Shown: piece by piece, positions 26,547 through 39,040 of the stretch | Numbering within the stretch: position 1 is the first letter of the stretch | How the letters are laid out: every line of letters starts with the position of its first letter | Assembly: GCF_964204645.1 (NCBI RefSeq) | Contig: NC_134026.1 | Span: 9,633,950-9,697,949, forward strand | Length of the DNA stretch: 64,000 nucleotides | Reading direction: 5' to 3' | From: Tubulanus polymorphus | Taxonomy: Eukaryota; Animalia; Nemertea | Notes under the pieces: model-generated | Database searches by the model: none | The model's input: only the letters and a program-made list of their open reading frames with translations | What the model was told of the DNA's origin: nothing | Translations under genes and position numbers: made by a program

Positions 26547-26765
26547 TTATATAGGAGGAATATATTTTTGTTTTTCCAAATAATCAATAGTTAAATTAGA
26601 TAAAGTAACTGCTAATGTCAATTTTAAAATATTAATATCAAATCTATCAGCATTAACACTTCCCATTTTAAATACTTTTTTTAATACCATTGAATAACCA
26701 ACAATTCCCACTGATAGTAATGCGCCATTATATAATCCAGTTATTATCCACTTATTATCACTCAT
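26547..26765 (-). CDS. Small hydrophobic Polinton protein
   Basis: Intact 72 aa with two hydrophobic segments. Confidence 0.65.
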   Translation of the reverse strand: MSDNKWIITGLYNGALLSVGIVGYSMVLKKVFKMGSVNADRFDINILKLTLAVTLSNLTIDYLEKQKYIPPI

Positions 26766-27098
26766 TTATTTATCAAAAAAATTACTATCATCAAAATATT
26801 TAGTTAACTTATTTATGATTATTTCAACATTTATTTCATTACTTGTTTCATTTGTATATATTTCAATTATTATTTTTTTAATATCATCGATGATAAAAGA
26901 TTCTCTTATTAAATTAGTAATCTTTTCTACATTTATTAAAGTTTCTTTATCTATTGTTTTTTCATACTCAAATGTTGTTTCATTAGAAAATGCAATATTT
27001 TTAATATGTGTAATTACATCATTAATGTTAAATTTCATTTCTTTCTCACGTTTAAAATCAAACCCAAAACATATACTCGGTCCAACAGTTATATTCAT
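26766..27098 (-). CDS. Polinton hypothetical protein
   Basis: Intact 110 aa; abuts both neighbours through TAA-ATG junctions. Confidence 0.6.
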   Translation of the reverse strand: MNITVGPSICFGFDFKREKEMKFNINDVITHIKNIAFSNETTFEYEKTIDKETLINVEKITNLIRESFIIDDIKKIIIEIYTNETSNEINVEIIINKLTKYFDDSNFFDK

Positions 27099-27873
27099 TT
27101 ATATAGTGAAAAAAATTACTCTACATCTTATAACTAATTCATAAATTACCGGAAAGTTATTCAAATCAATTAAATATCCATTGTGATTTCTTATTTCTAA
27201 TTTAAAATTATTAAATTGAGGAATACAAGGTTTAAAATCACATTCAGCTAAATTATAATTTATTTGCGTTCCAAATTGTTTAATATTTTTTAATGGTAAA
27301 ATATTTAATATACTAGAATTACAAATTGTATCTTTAGTTGCTTCAAATGTTTTTGTAGGATCAATTAAATTGCAATAAATATAAAAATGTGTAAAAGGCA
27401 TTAAATTTGAATTACCATCTACGTTTCCTGTAACAGTATCTGGTACAATTCCTAACAGTTTAGCTATAGGTTTTTTTTACCATAAATGCATGTTGACTTT
27501 CATCATGTAACTTTATTTTAATTTTATTTGTGCTATCACTTTTATTAAATTTAATTAAAAATTTATCATCTTTTCTTATTTTCAACCGTGCTCTTCTATT
27601 AATTTCTTGAGCTAATGTTTCTAAACTATATAATCCTGGTTTTAAAATTAGATGAAACCATTTATTTACATTTCTAATATGAATTAAAAAAGTATTATCT
27701 TCAATAGTTTTATTCGTTATATTATAAAAAGAATTACATAAACTTATATTTACTAATTTTAAATCTATACAATTCTTAAATTCTCTATCTAATAGTACTA
27801 GTAAATTATGAGATTTATAATTTGTAAGTTTTCTAGAATCAACAAATATTCTGTATTCTTTTAATTCTACCAT
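27099..27873 (-). pseudogene. Minor capsid protein (penton, single jelly-roll), frameshifted
   Basis: IFVDSR, NSFYNI, PGLYS, YIYCNLI and LEIRNHNGYLIDLNNFPVIYEL pattern typical of Polinton/PLV pentons. Confidence 0.75.
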
Positions 27874-27891
27874 TTATTTTACATATTTTTC

Positions 27892-28245
27892 TTATTCGAA
27901 ATCTATTTCATGATGCCCTTTTTCATTCTTACCTTTGTATACGAAATAGAAATCTCCAGAACATAATTCTTCTAAATCTTCACTTGGTAATCTATGAAAT
28001 CTATCTGGTAAATATGTTCTGAATTTATATGTATTTCCTTTTAATCCTTCATATTCTAAGTCTATAACTAATTTATCTCCATATTTGTTAGTAACTGTAT
28101 CAATATTTGTAATTAGATATTTCTTATGGATTGTTAATTCTTTTAACTTCTTAAATTTATAATCTACTGATTTGACATTTGAAGTATCTTTCATTCTATC
28201 TAAAAATAATTTGTTGTTCTCACTGTGTGCTTGTTTACTCTCCAT
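27892..28245 (-). CDS. Small beta-rich protein downstream of pPolB (possible ssDNA-binding protein)
   Basis: Intact 117 aa; KKLKEL...Y.I...NKYGDKLVIDL...YLPDRF; function is inferred. Confidence 0.55.
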   Translation of the reverse strand: MESKQAHSENNKLFLDRMKDTSNVKSVDYKFKKLKELTIHKKYLITNIDTVTNKYGDKLVIDLEYEGLKGNTYKFRTYLPDRFHRLPSEDLEELCSGDFYFVYKGKNEKGHHEIDFE

Positions 28246-31200
28246 TTATAATACATATTTTTATTAAAATTTGATAAACACGTTAGAATTCTTTTCATAA
28301 TCTCATTTTCTTTTGTTTCTTCTCTTTTAAATTTTAAGTATTCATCTAAATTACAACCATAAGCAACTGTATGAATTCCATCATCTAAAATATATCTTTT
28401 ATCATCAAATGGGTTTAGACTTATCTTTTCAATTTCTTCAATAAACATTTCATGATCTTCAGATCTTAAACATCTCATCTTATGTTTTCTAACTTCTTCA
28501 TTGAATATACAATTGATGTAATCTTTGAAATGAATATTCTTTTCTACTACACTTTTGGTTATTCCTTTTAACTTTTTAGCTTCATGTTCTTTAGTTTTAT
28601 ATGAATACATTTTAGATGTAATACCAATGAATTCAATCATTTCTTCACCACCTAATTCATCTTTGAAATTACCAGGAACTTTTTTATTATCATTGCTGAA
28701 CAATTCATGATTTTTAGGATAATTACTGAAATCAAAATGATGTTTTAATGTTTTTAAATCATCTGTTATGTTATTAGTTTTTATCTTTAATATGTAAGAA
28801 TCTGTATCAAAATATAATATTTCTATATGTTTTTCTCCAAAAAGTGGTTGTAATACATTATAATAGAATTCATACATTAATAGCTTTGATATTTCTAAAA
28901 CTGAAGCACCAACATAGATTGGTTTATTAAATTTCATTGAAGTTCTTCTCATCTTAACTGCAGCTAAATTCAAATATTCTGTTACCTATAAATTTAGGAT
29001 ATGTTTGTAAATGCCTTATCCTTTTACCATTACTAACTAACTCAATATCATTTCTATTTCTGATATTTTCACAAGTCTTACCATAGAATGCATTGTTCAT
29101 TAACTTGAAGAAATCTTTCTCGAAATCAGTTTTAGCTTCAGTTCTCTGTTTGGTGTTAAAATCTATATATTTTTCTAACCACTTAGATTGACTAAATGAA
29201 ATATATCTATGTATTTTTTTAGGATCATTCCTTGTTTTAGATAAAACTTTAACATTCTATAATGTACTACATAATTATATTTATCTTCCTGAGTTACCAT
29301 TAACTTTTCTGTATGAATATGATTTTCGGGTTTAATTCTTTTTTGATAATTTGATAATTCTTCATGTGTTAAAGTTTTATGTTCGGGACAGTATGCTAGA
29401 TTTCTAGATTTAAATTTAATATGTTCAGGATATTCTAAATCTACAACAAAAAAGCAACGAGTATCTGAATCATCTGCAATATCTAGAATCCTTTTCTTCC
29501 AATCAAATTTGTCATTATTTTCATGTTGTAAAACTTCACTTATTTCAAATACTCCATAAGGTTGTGGTTCCATCATTGCCCATCCATACAAATTATTTGC
29601 ATCTATATATAATAACTTATATCCAGGGTTATCATTTACATTGAAATATCTATCACCTAATACACCTGAAACTCCTCCTCTTATAGATTTTTCAAATAAT
29701 AATAATTGATCTATATTTGTTAACAAATCCATTTTTATATCTGTAAATTTTAATCCACAATCCCATGTTAAACCTGGGCTAGAATAACAATGACAAGGAT
29801 CAATATTAAAATATTTTAGGTTTACATCTCTAAACCTTTCAAATATATCAGTTAATAATAATACATCTGATTTTAAATATAAATCTACTAATTGCCCATG
29901 ATTTTCTATTTTGAAATGATTCCAAATATTCAATGTTCTATTATATACTTCATCTTTAACATATTCATTTTTTAATTCATCATAGAATTGTTCTTTTAAT
30001 AATTCAGTTATGTAAAAATCATTATGATTTTTATAGAAAGAATATGGAATTGCGCCTTTATATCTCATTAATTGGAAATCATCATTATTTGGATAATGTT
30101 GCTTTAATATTTTTAATTCATCATCAACTAATGATTTTGATAAGTTATCTAATGAACTACCTAAAAATCTATATGAATCTATAAATCTTAGGCAACCAAA
30201 TTGGAATGATATATAATTCTCAGATGTTTTAGCTAACATTTTAAATTTATAAGTTGGCATTTTATCTTTTGATCTATTTGAATTTAATCTTTCTATTTCA
30301 TTATTAATTCCTTCTATTTTATGGCGTAACTGTTTGATGAATAAATGTGCATCATATCCTGATAGATTATGAAATATAACTGGTACAAAGTTAATTTTCT
30401 TAGCTTGTAAGTTACAATTCTCATGCGCAGCGCCTCTAAACTTTCCGTTCAAATGATCATGGTCTCTTACTTTTTTATCTTTATAATTAAATATCTTTTC
30501 ACAATAATAACATTTATCTGCAAACTCAAATGCTTCTTTATCTTCTTCTGTCATTATAATTTCTATATTTGTATTCAATAATTTACTAAATCTTATTTCA
30601 TATTCAATTAATAAGTCACAAAAATGATTGATAACATTTTCATTTCTATAATGATAATATTCACTTTCAATTAGTTCGGGATAATCAGATTTAATATATA
30701 ATCCAAAAGCAGCAGCTGATTGATAAATCTTTTTAATAGTATTTGTTTTTGGTGGTTCATCTGAAAAATCATTTTCATTAGAATTTAATTTCTTTCTTTT
30801 ACAATATATTTCTTTTCTATCTTGATCAGTTAGTTCCTTATTTAATGATTCAAAATCTCCATATATAACAAATGGTACTTTATTTTTGTAATCATATTTT
30901 TTTTAATTCTAATATTTTATCTTTTTCATTTGGTAAAACTAATTTACAATAATCATGATTTTCACATTGTTTACGATTTAATAATGCACTTTCAGTTCTG
31001 AATTTATGTAAACATTTTCTACATAGATATATTTTATTATCAAAATCATTTCCTGATTAAAAAAATAAATCAATTCTTTTAATCCACATATAATGATTTT
31101 CATAATGTAATATATCATTTGAATCATAATCTTTTGATAGGTATAAAGGTTCTAATGTATAATGTTTTATATTGTTACGTTTTGTATTTGGTAATTTGAT

Positions 31201-32295
31201 TAAATCAAATACATTTATTCTTAAATTATTATCTCTTTCTATTTTTGGGGTATTTTTAATTCTAACAGGATACTTATCTATCTTATAATTATTTTCAAAT
31301 GGTTTATAATGTGTTAATCTAAAACTATGTGCAATATCTTCTGTTGGATGTAAGCAACTTATAATTGTCCATAGAAAACATTTATCATCAAATTTTTGTA
31401 CATTTATTACAGCATTAGTTTTAAATGGTAGTTTAATATAACTCGATGCTTCAATATCTGGTTCTTTATAATATGATACATTATTTTCATCAATTGGTTT
31501 TGATTTAGTTAACTTATTATATTTTGTGTTATAAACATGTAAAGTCATAAATATTATTTCATCAAATATTAAACCTGATCCTTCAAAATATTTCTCTTCT
31601 ATTTTAGTTTTTACTTCATTATAACATTTATCTAATTTATCATCTATATGTTGTTTAGATATATAATGTTGTGAATGAGAATTTATATTATATATTGGTT
31701 TATCTTCAGATTTTATAAATTAAACTTTTGATGAAATACTTATTTTAGGATATTCAACATCAGTAATTATTTTTATAATATTTTTCATATTTTCTAAATG
31801 TTTTTTATTTTCTTCTGTTTTTCCTTTATGAAATTTAAACTCGATAGCTGCTGGACCAATATCACTTTTAAATGCTTCGGTTATCTCTATATCTTTTTTA
31901 TTATCTAATGAATTAATATAATTTCTGACATCTTCCATGTATGGTCTTTTATTGTTTAATTTATTTCTTATTCTTTTAATTGTCTTATCTTTCTTATCAT
32001 TGTCATTATCAAAATAATCTTCACCTAAAATATTATTATTCTTATTTCTAATATGACTTTTAGATTTTAAATGTTCTTTATAATATCTTTTATCACTGAA
32101 TGATTGATTACATGTATCACATTTATATGTTTCTTTTTCATTCTTTAATTCATCTAATTTAGTTTCTAATATATCATCTTCATATTCTAATTTCAATTTA
32201 TTCTCTAAATGTGTTTTAGTTTTATTGTGTCTTGATTTTTGGGATTTATCTATATTGATATTACATGTTGAACAGTAGTACTTATTTGCTTCCAT
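28200..32295 (-). pseudogene. Protein-primed family B DNA polymerase (pPolB), several frameshifts
   Basis: N-terminal Zn fingers; ExoI IYGDFES, ExoII FHNLSGYD, ExoIII YLKSDV; EndoVII-like insert CYYC...VRDHDH...AHENCN; motifs YIDANNLYG, KLMNNAFYGK and YFDTDS. Confidence 0.95.
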
Positions 32296-33770
32296 TTTAA
32301 TACTAAAATTTTTATTAAAATTGATTTTAGAAGTTATTCATTTATATTTTATTCATATATATGAATATTTTAAGAGTAATAGGGGTTTAGTTGTTCTATA
32401 GTAAAGGTTGAATGGTCGAGTTCATTAAAAACAAATATTAAAAGTAATTTAAAACTATGATATTTTCATAGCCGTGTGTATTGTAGTTAAATAATAGAAT
32501 TATTATTATTATTTGAATATATTTGATTATATGAATTTGTGTATTGTAAATGAATCAATTGGTCGCGGAACCCTACTATAAACATGTATGTATGCTCATA
32601 TATGAAAAAATATACATATATATTTGAAATATGAAAGCTCATCATTAATAGTACTTGCTTGAGGCTGTTCAGTGCTTTCTTGTGCTTGAGGCTGCACAAT
32701 GCTTTCTAGCGCTTGATGCTGACCACTACTTTCTGACTTCACATTGAAATCACATTTAGTCAATCGGGGGAAAAAACAAGAATATTTCGATGTTCTCTTA
32801 TCTTTTTGAATGGAATTATCAAAACTTAACACCTTGTATATTGGATGACACGATCAGCGTAACAGGTCATTATAACGTTGCATAAACTTCTCAGCCCCGA
32901 CCCCCGCACTGGAGACTTAGTACATTTTGCACAGGAGTATACTTTTACTGTTTAAAGAGCGATTTTCGGAGTAAATACTCTTTGTTTATCTCCGCTGTTA
33001 ATATATATATATAATTATTATATTCGTACTTTATTTTTAAATCATGTTACTTGAAAGATAAAACAGAAAACCTACCTTTTAATAAGCCTGGAATTAATCC
33101 TGCGCTTGAATTAAACACAGCATTAATTTAAGCACATATTAAACATTCATGATCTAAACTTGAAGATATGCATATATTGATTTGGTGATTCTGGTTCTCA
33201 TTACAACAATATGACATCTGCAGTGTAGTGAGCTAAACCCAATATTATTGATCAAAACTTGGGTTGTACAGGGATAGGTCATGGCTTAAGTACAGTTAAC
33301 CATACCAGCTCCTGTCTTAAGAAATGCTTCTAATTCCGTGGTACAATCAGACAGAACCTGTTGAATGAAAGATAAATAATGCTCTAGGCACAATTAATGT
33401 CATCTTAAGTTATTGTTCTATCATTGATTTACGCTGTATTAATCTAGACAAAAACTGTTGACAAAAGACAGTTTTTTTACAAAAAGCCGCATTAGGGGTT
33501 TTAAGGGTCCCTTAAGTGGGCCTAGGCACGGAAAATCTCGTCTTAAGTTACATTTTCTGAATCAGCACATAAAATACTATGATTCTGAGGTAGAATCAGA
33601 CCTGGACAAAAACTGTTGATTAAAAGTGCCCTAGGCCCCCGAAAAAAGAGGGTCTAAAAGGGACCCTAGGCACAGAAAATTTCGTCTTAAGTTATGATTT
33701 TATTTTAGTTGGCCCATGCCGTACTGATTTAGCAAGATTATCAAATGAATTAACAGTGTGTGTACAGTAA

Positions 33771-34973
33771 TCAGCTGCTGTACACACCCGGTACTTTATC
33801 AACAGCGACTACCTTGCATTGGTCCTTTGCAAATGTTAGGTGAATTGCATTTACATGATCACCATCCTGTGTGGTAGCATCGAATCCCATCGTTAAATTT
33901 TTGTGTTTCAGGATCTGACTTACAGGCTGGATGTCGGTTATGACCCCCAACTCGCGACACATTTGAGATACAGTTGTTTGATGTGGGAGATCATTTTCAC
34001 TAAGTTTCATGCCGAAGATGGCTGCAGACTTTTTCAAAAGATTCCTAGTGTTTGCAGTAGGGACCTGATTAATTAGACATTCGTACACAAACAATCTAGT
34101 TGAGATGGGAATCTTCATGTTCTTATTCTCTCTACTGAAGTCATCAGACATTTCCTTCTGTGATATATCTAATTGTAAATGGAGATTTTCAATTTCACTA
34201 TTCTGAGAATCAATAGTTGCTTTCAGTCTTTTGACTTCAGGTTGCTCTTCCCAATCATCTTCTAGCCTAGTTCTTTTACGTTTCAGACTTCGAATTTGTC
34301 TCCTAGCTTCCGTTAGTTGCGCATAGGCTTCAGTTTCGGTGTATTTCTTTTTTGCTTTGTTGATTAGATTGGTTTTTCGCTTAACTGATTGTTGAAGCAC
34401 GCGTGTGCATTTTTTCATTTTCAACTTGTAACGCAGTAACTCATTCCTCTTCTTTTTATTATCAGCCATCTCTTTTTTCGATTCTATAGCTTTCTGCAAA
34501 CGTTTTCTAAGTGATACACATTTCCTGCAGTGTTTTCCAGACTGGGGGTGTTTCTTAACAGACGTTGCTATAACTTGCTCCACTGCAGGTATTGGTAAAG
34601 CGTTACTATTTGCTACACTACTGGTAGGCTGAAAATTGAATTTCTCACTTGACAGGCAGATAAATTTGTCAAACTCGTTGGTATTTGTCAGCTTTTTCAG
34701 TTTGTCATACTTCGATACCGTCGACATGATCAGTTTATTCGTTTGGTATGCATCGATATTGTCTGTTATATATTTTTCTTTTAGCAGTTTGATTGTTTTC
34801 GCGATGCTTCTCTTATTGTCCAGAAACAATCGGTAGATGTGTCCATTTTTAACGCTGTTAATAACTTCTGGCATATCTTTGCAGTTACTGTCAAGATACT
34901 CCCGTGCAACACCTTTCTTATTTTTTGTCGACCCGGATGAGGGTGCGTCTTCATCCTGTCCTGATGTTGACAT
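33771..34973 (-). pseudogene. N-terminal part of a hAT-like DDE transposase
   Basis: 400-aa ORF: coiled coil, then LTMGFDATTQ (putative first catalytic D); stops at the Academ right TIR; C-terminus at 5344-6371. Confidence 0.65.
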
Positions 34974-35343
34974 TTTTCTTAAAATCTAAAAATAAAAAGC
35001 TGTCAATGAATCAATATGTTCTTAATTATAGTTAGCATCAATTAAACTTAAAAAAATATTTAAGATAAATGTATTTTTCTGTGTTTTGACTCATTGATTC
35101 TTCAAACCACGTGCTTTTGTTTACGTTTTTCAAGTCACGTTACCGCTGGTTCGCCGAACGTAAACAACTTTTGATATCAAAATTTGTGGATAAAATCATT
35201 ATTAAACACTAAATTAATACAAACATTACATTTCTAATACATTTCTTAATTGAATGATTGAATTTATAGGATATCATAAGTATTTTAAATGGTTCTATTT
35301 TGATCACTAAACTTCGACAAAATTCGAAATTTTCAACAAAATG

Positions 35344-37110
35344 TAGGTACATGGCTTAAATTTTCAAAGTTACAGAACTGAACTTTTAACCATACAGGCT
35401 AGATCAGCATCAAAAGAGCTATCTAAAGATGTCTGGGTTATCTCTGTACTCCCAATAATAAAAAAGTTATAAATGTTTGAATATCGGAAATCGGCAGAAA
35501 TTTTGTAACTTATCATAATCTCTTATATAAGCAGGTTAACTAATGAATTAATTAATTTTAATGACGTAATTAACCGTCACACAAAATCGCCCATAGAATC
35601 TTTATTTTTAAAGATATCAGTATGAAATTCTTAACACAAGTCAATCTAACTAAGAGCTATCCATTGGTATGAATAATTTCATGATATCTCTCATATATAT
35701 TGATTAATTAATGAATTAATTGATTTCAATGATGTAATCCAAAGTACGTTTTACCGGGCCAAATTATTCCGCTGATAAAAATCTTCATTTGTAGAGATAT
35801 CTTAATGAAATTTTCAGACTGTTTTTATCTTGTCTTACCTTAACTAATATTTACACTATATACATTCACACAAGTCCATTTACATATAAAATTCAAGATC
35901 CTTTTCAACATAGTCGGCGGCCAAAGCATATTTGGAAATGTCATACTCCTCGGCTTCCTCGTATGTTTCAATGTCTTCGGCTCCCCAATATCCAATAACA
36001 TATACTACATTTTGTTGTTCTTTCTTTTTCTGCCTCGTCTCAGTTTCTCAATTTTCCCATTCCAATATCAGTCAACAGATCGGCATCCGCATCTTTGTAT
36101 AATGCTAAAATTTCAGCCACTGGTGTTGTTTTCATAAGTTTTTCAACTTTGTTTCTCTTAGTAGTATTCCGCTTTTGATTTTTTATTCTAGAGCGATTTA
36201 TGATCTCGTACATTATCTCGATGCGCTCCCGACGCTTTTTCAGGTTGAACTTGCGCCCCTGAGTGATAGCAAAATCAATTATAGTTTTGCGCCGTGACTC
36301 GTCTAGCTTGTTCAGATATGCAACTGTACCGTTGATTTTTGAACGAATTTTTGGAGAATGATACGCCATAGTTGCATTTGGGGAAGCTTTCTGAGCTGCA
36401 CTGAACATGCCCATGACCCTCTCAGCGTCAATGTTATGTTACCTTGCCGATGCCACCTGTTGTCTAAGTTCTTCGGTTACCTTGATCAGATTGTACCGTT
36501 TGTACTGCCTTTCAAGAACAGTCACAATAGTCACCAAACACCCAGTCATCATCTCGGTAAATAAAAGCACATTGGCGGGCATTTTCAGCAGAACTGATAA
36601 GATTGCATCAGACCCGTCCAAAACATTTCCAAAAAAATCATGTTCTCTACTACAGATGTTCATGATCTGTGCAATCTGAACTTTGATAACGGTAATCAGT
36701 TTGTCCACAACTACGATGCCATCTAAGTGGTTGATTTCTGTCTGGTAAGATGTGTAAAACTGCTGCATCCATGGGCCGGTTAATAATTTACCGAGTAATC
36801 TAGCTACCTGTAGTTCGATGACACCAGTCTCACTACAAAAATCTGTTCGAAAACTCCATCTCAGTCCCTTCAAATCAGTTCCAGTACGCAAATACTTTAA
36901 AAAATCTCATGGTGTGCAAATAGCTTTCCGCAGATGTTGAAAAATATGTGCAGACGGTTTTCACGGTAATGAGGGATAAATCCCCTGCGTAAGCCATTTT
37001 CCTTTAAAAATACTTTGAAACCTTGCGGATCGCCTTTGCCATCTTTATACCGAGTTTGTCCATTTGTACACATATATTTCCAACATAGCAATCGTTAGCT
37101 AAAATCTTGC
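35344..37110 (-). mobile_element. 3' part of a second, diverged copy of the same hAT-like family
   Basis: RYKDGKGDP, RENRLHIFF, LLTGPWM and NIDAERVMGMFSA...PNAT; end sequence TAGGTAC resembles 4356. Confidence 0.65.
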
Positions 37111-39040
37111 ATTTTGATAGACTAAAGGCATTTCTTGACCCTCCGGGTGTGGGCGTGGAATCCGGTCTAGAAACGGACTTCCCTCCTAGAACGAAGTCTC
37201 GAAGGGCCATACGCCTGCCGACTCGCTATCTGGAGACGTGCGACTGATCATTTTTGTTTTCATATCTTTGCAGCTAACTCAAAGAATGAAAATTACAAGT
37301 TCGAAGATTGCTCTTCGAAGATTGCTCGTTTTTGTAAGCGCCCGACAAGTCGAGCCAGCTGTGGCGATGCGACCTTTGCAAGCGATTTTTCCAGCTTTCC
37401 GCCAATGAACAACGGCACGTCAGGAGATGCAGGCCCAAGGCCGCCGCCCAAACAGAGACACAGTCGGTGTTTCAATGCCTGTTATGCAATTTCGAAACAA
37501 CCTCTGATACAACCGTTCACCATCATGTGTCGTTGGCGCATTTTTGCGATGTCAACGCGAACCACAATTCATTATCCGGAATGATATGACGGGCTAGACC
37601 AAGCTCATATGTAGTCCGCTTGTTGATGCAAGTGCTGTCGATTCAGCCTACTATTCATTCGCCGTCTACTATTCATTAGCCGTCTACGGAGCTATCATCA
37701 ACCTCCAACATCGACATCCGATGCCAATACGACACCCATGGAACCAGCGACGCTGCCGCTTATCATTATAATAGATTCAAAGAACTTCGGCGCCATTCGA
37801 CGTATCCGAGCCTGCACTCGAATATGGAGATGTTCTGGAGATCCCAGATATTGATAAACTGCTGCAGCCGTTGTTCCTGGCCTGCTGTTGACAAAGTCTG
37901 CTGAAGCTACTTCGCAGCTTCCAGACGCAGTGTCATCTCAACCCGAGAAGTATAAACTTTTTCCACTTGAGAAAACAGAATGTCTACCCGATCTGCATCG
38001 CCGTGTAGATCCTTCAGACGAACTACCCCCATGCACGTACTGCCAGATCATGCGCGAGGTCGTCAACGCCGGAAAGACATCTTTATAAGTTAATCTTGTA
38101 CGTCTAGTGATGCTATTTTTTACTTATTATTGTCGCCTGTCCTGAACGGGACGTTCGGGGCTGGAGGGGTGTTGTAGCAGAACAGCAGAACAGCAGTTTA
38201 CTTACTTTTACAGAATCCAACTCTGGTCCAGTCCTCGTTTAGAATTGGTCGACCCTTTTTACCTGTTCGATATGCCATGTACTGTACATAATCCTGTCTC
38301 TTCGTCTACCTTGTATTAGTGTGACAGGGGAAGGACCGGTGGTGTCGCAGACCTTCTGGTTGTCCCTCTCAACCTGACCGGGGCAGATCGGAAGGGACGA
38401 CGAGCTGGAAGGCAAACCACCATGTTCTGAACCGGTTTCGCTCACTGTTTTATTTGCCATCCATTGGGCCTATTATGCGAAATGCCAAAGCGTCCTATTG
38501 TGTTTTCGCTCTCGGTTCCGTCCGAGGGTGCATTAATAATATTTTATGGAATCACAATGTTTGATATCGTGATTGATCTTCGGTTCTCCCCTCAGTGTCC
38601 TATCGCCTTTTTGCTTCGGTTCCCTCTGAGGGGGCATTGTAAATATTTCATGAATCACGACGTTTGATTGCGTGATTGAACTTTGGTTCTCTGTCCTGCA
38701 GGGCGCGTTGTTAAAGATAGTAGTTGTTGTAGATAGTAGAATCGTTCAACTTTGTGGTCGGATTGTGGTTTCCTGGACCGCCTCTATTGATTTTTCCGTT
38801 AGATCCGCCCTTCGGTTCTAGAACCTTCTCAATCAATGACTTCTTTCGATGGCACTCAAGGAGAAAGGGTTTATATTTGAAAATGAAATTTATTACTAGC
38901 CGAAAGCTAGGCCTATATTCTTTTTGAGATCTTGTAAGATCGATCATTGACATCTTTTTGTTATGTATTTAAAGGCTGCGGGACAGTGAGACCCTTTGAG
39001 ACCCCTTGTGTGTCTTATTTCCCACTGAGTGTCAACAGCC
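37110..39040 (+). mobile_element. Gypsy-like 3' remnant with PPT and probable LTR
   Basis: RTKSRRAIRLPTRYL integrase-tail-like peptide at ~37190; purine tract ggaggggtgt followed by TGTAGC at ~38173; right boundary uncertain. Confidence 0.45.

Larger units (their letters stand above)
9693..32600. mobile_element. Polinton/Maverick endogenous dsDNA virus, degraded
   Basis: pPolB, RVE integrase, A32/FtsK-like ATPase, major and minor capsid genes, densely packed in very AT-rich DNA; boundaries approximate and canonical termini/TSD not found. Confidence 0.93.
6372..33730 (-). mobile_element. Academ (XPG-type) DNA transposon split by the Polinton
   Basis: Long inverted repeats: ~6561-6803 is the reverse complement of ~33489-33730; left end begins TAG at 6372; outer part of the right TIR is missing. 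Confidence 0.75.

Noticed and set aside
23120-27144. Plus-strand ORFs (23120-23638, 26815-27144 and others)
   Set aside because: Antisense shadows of AT-rich minus-strand genes
12820-32295. Bacterial/phage contamination or alternative genetic code
   Set aside because: The gene set is Polinton-type, animal TEs are inserted with clean junctions, and the breaks are mostly frameshifts rather than one reassigned stop
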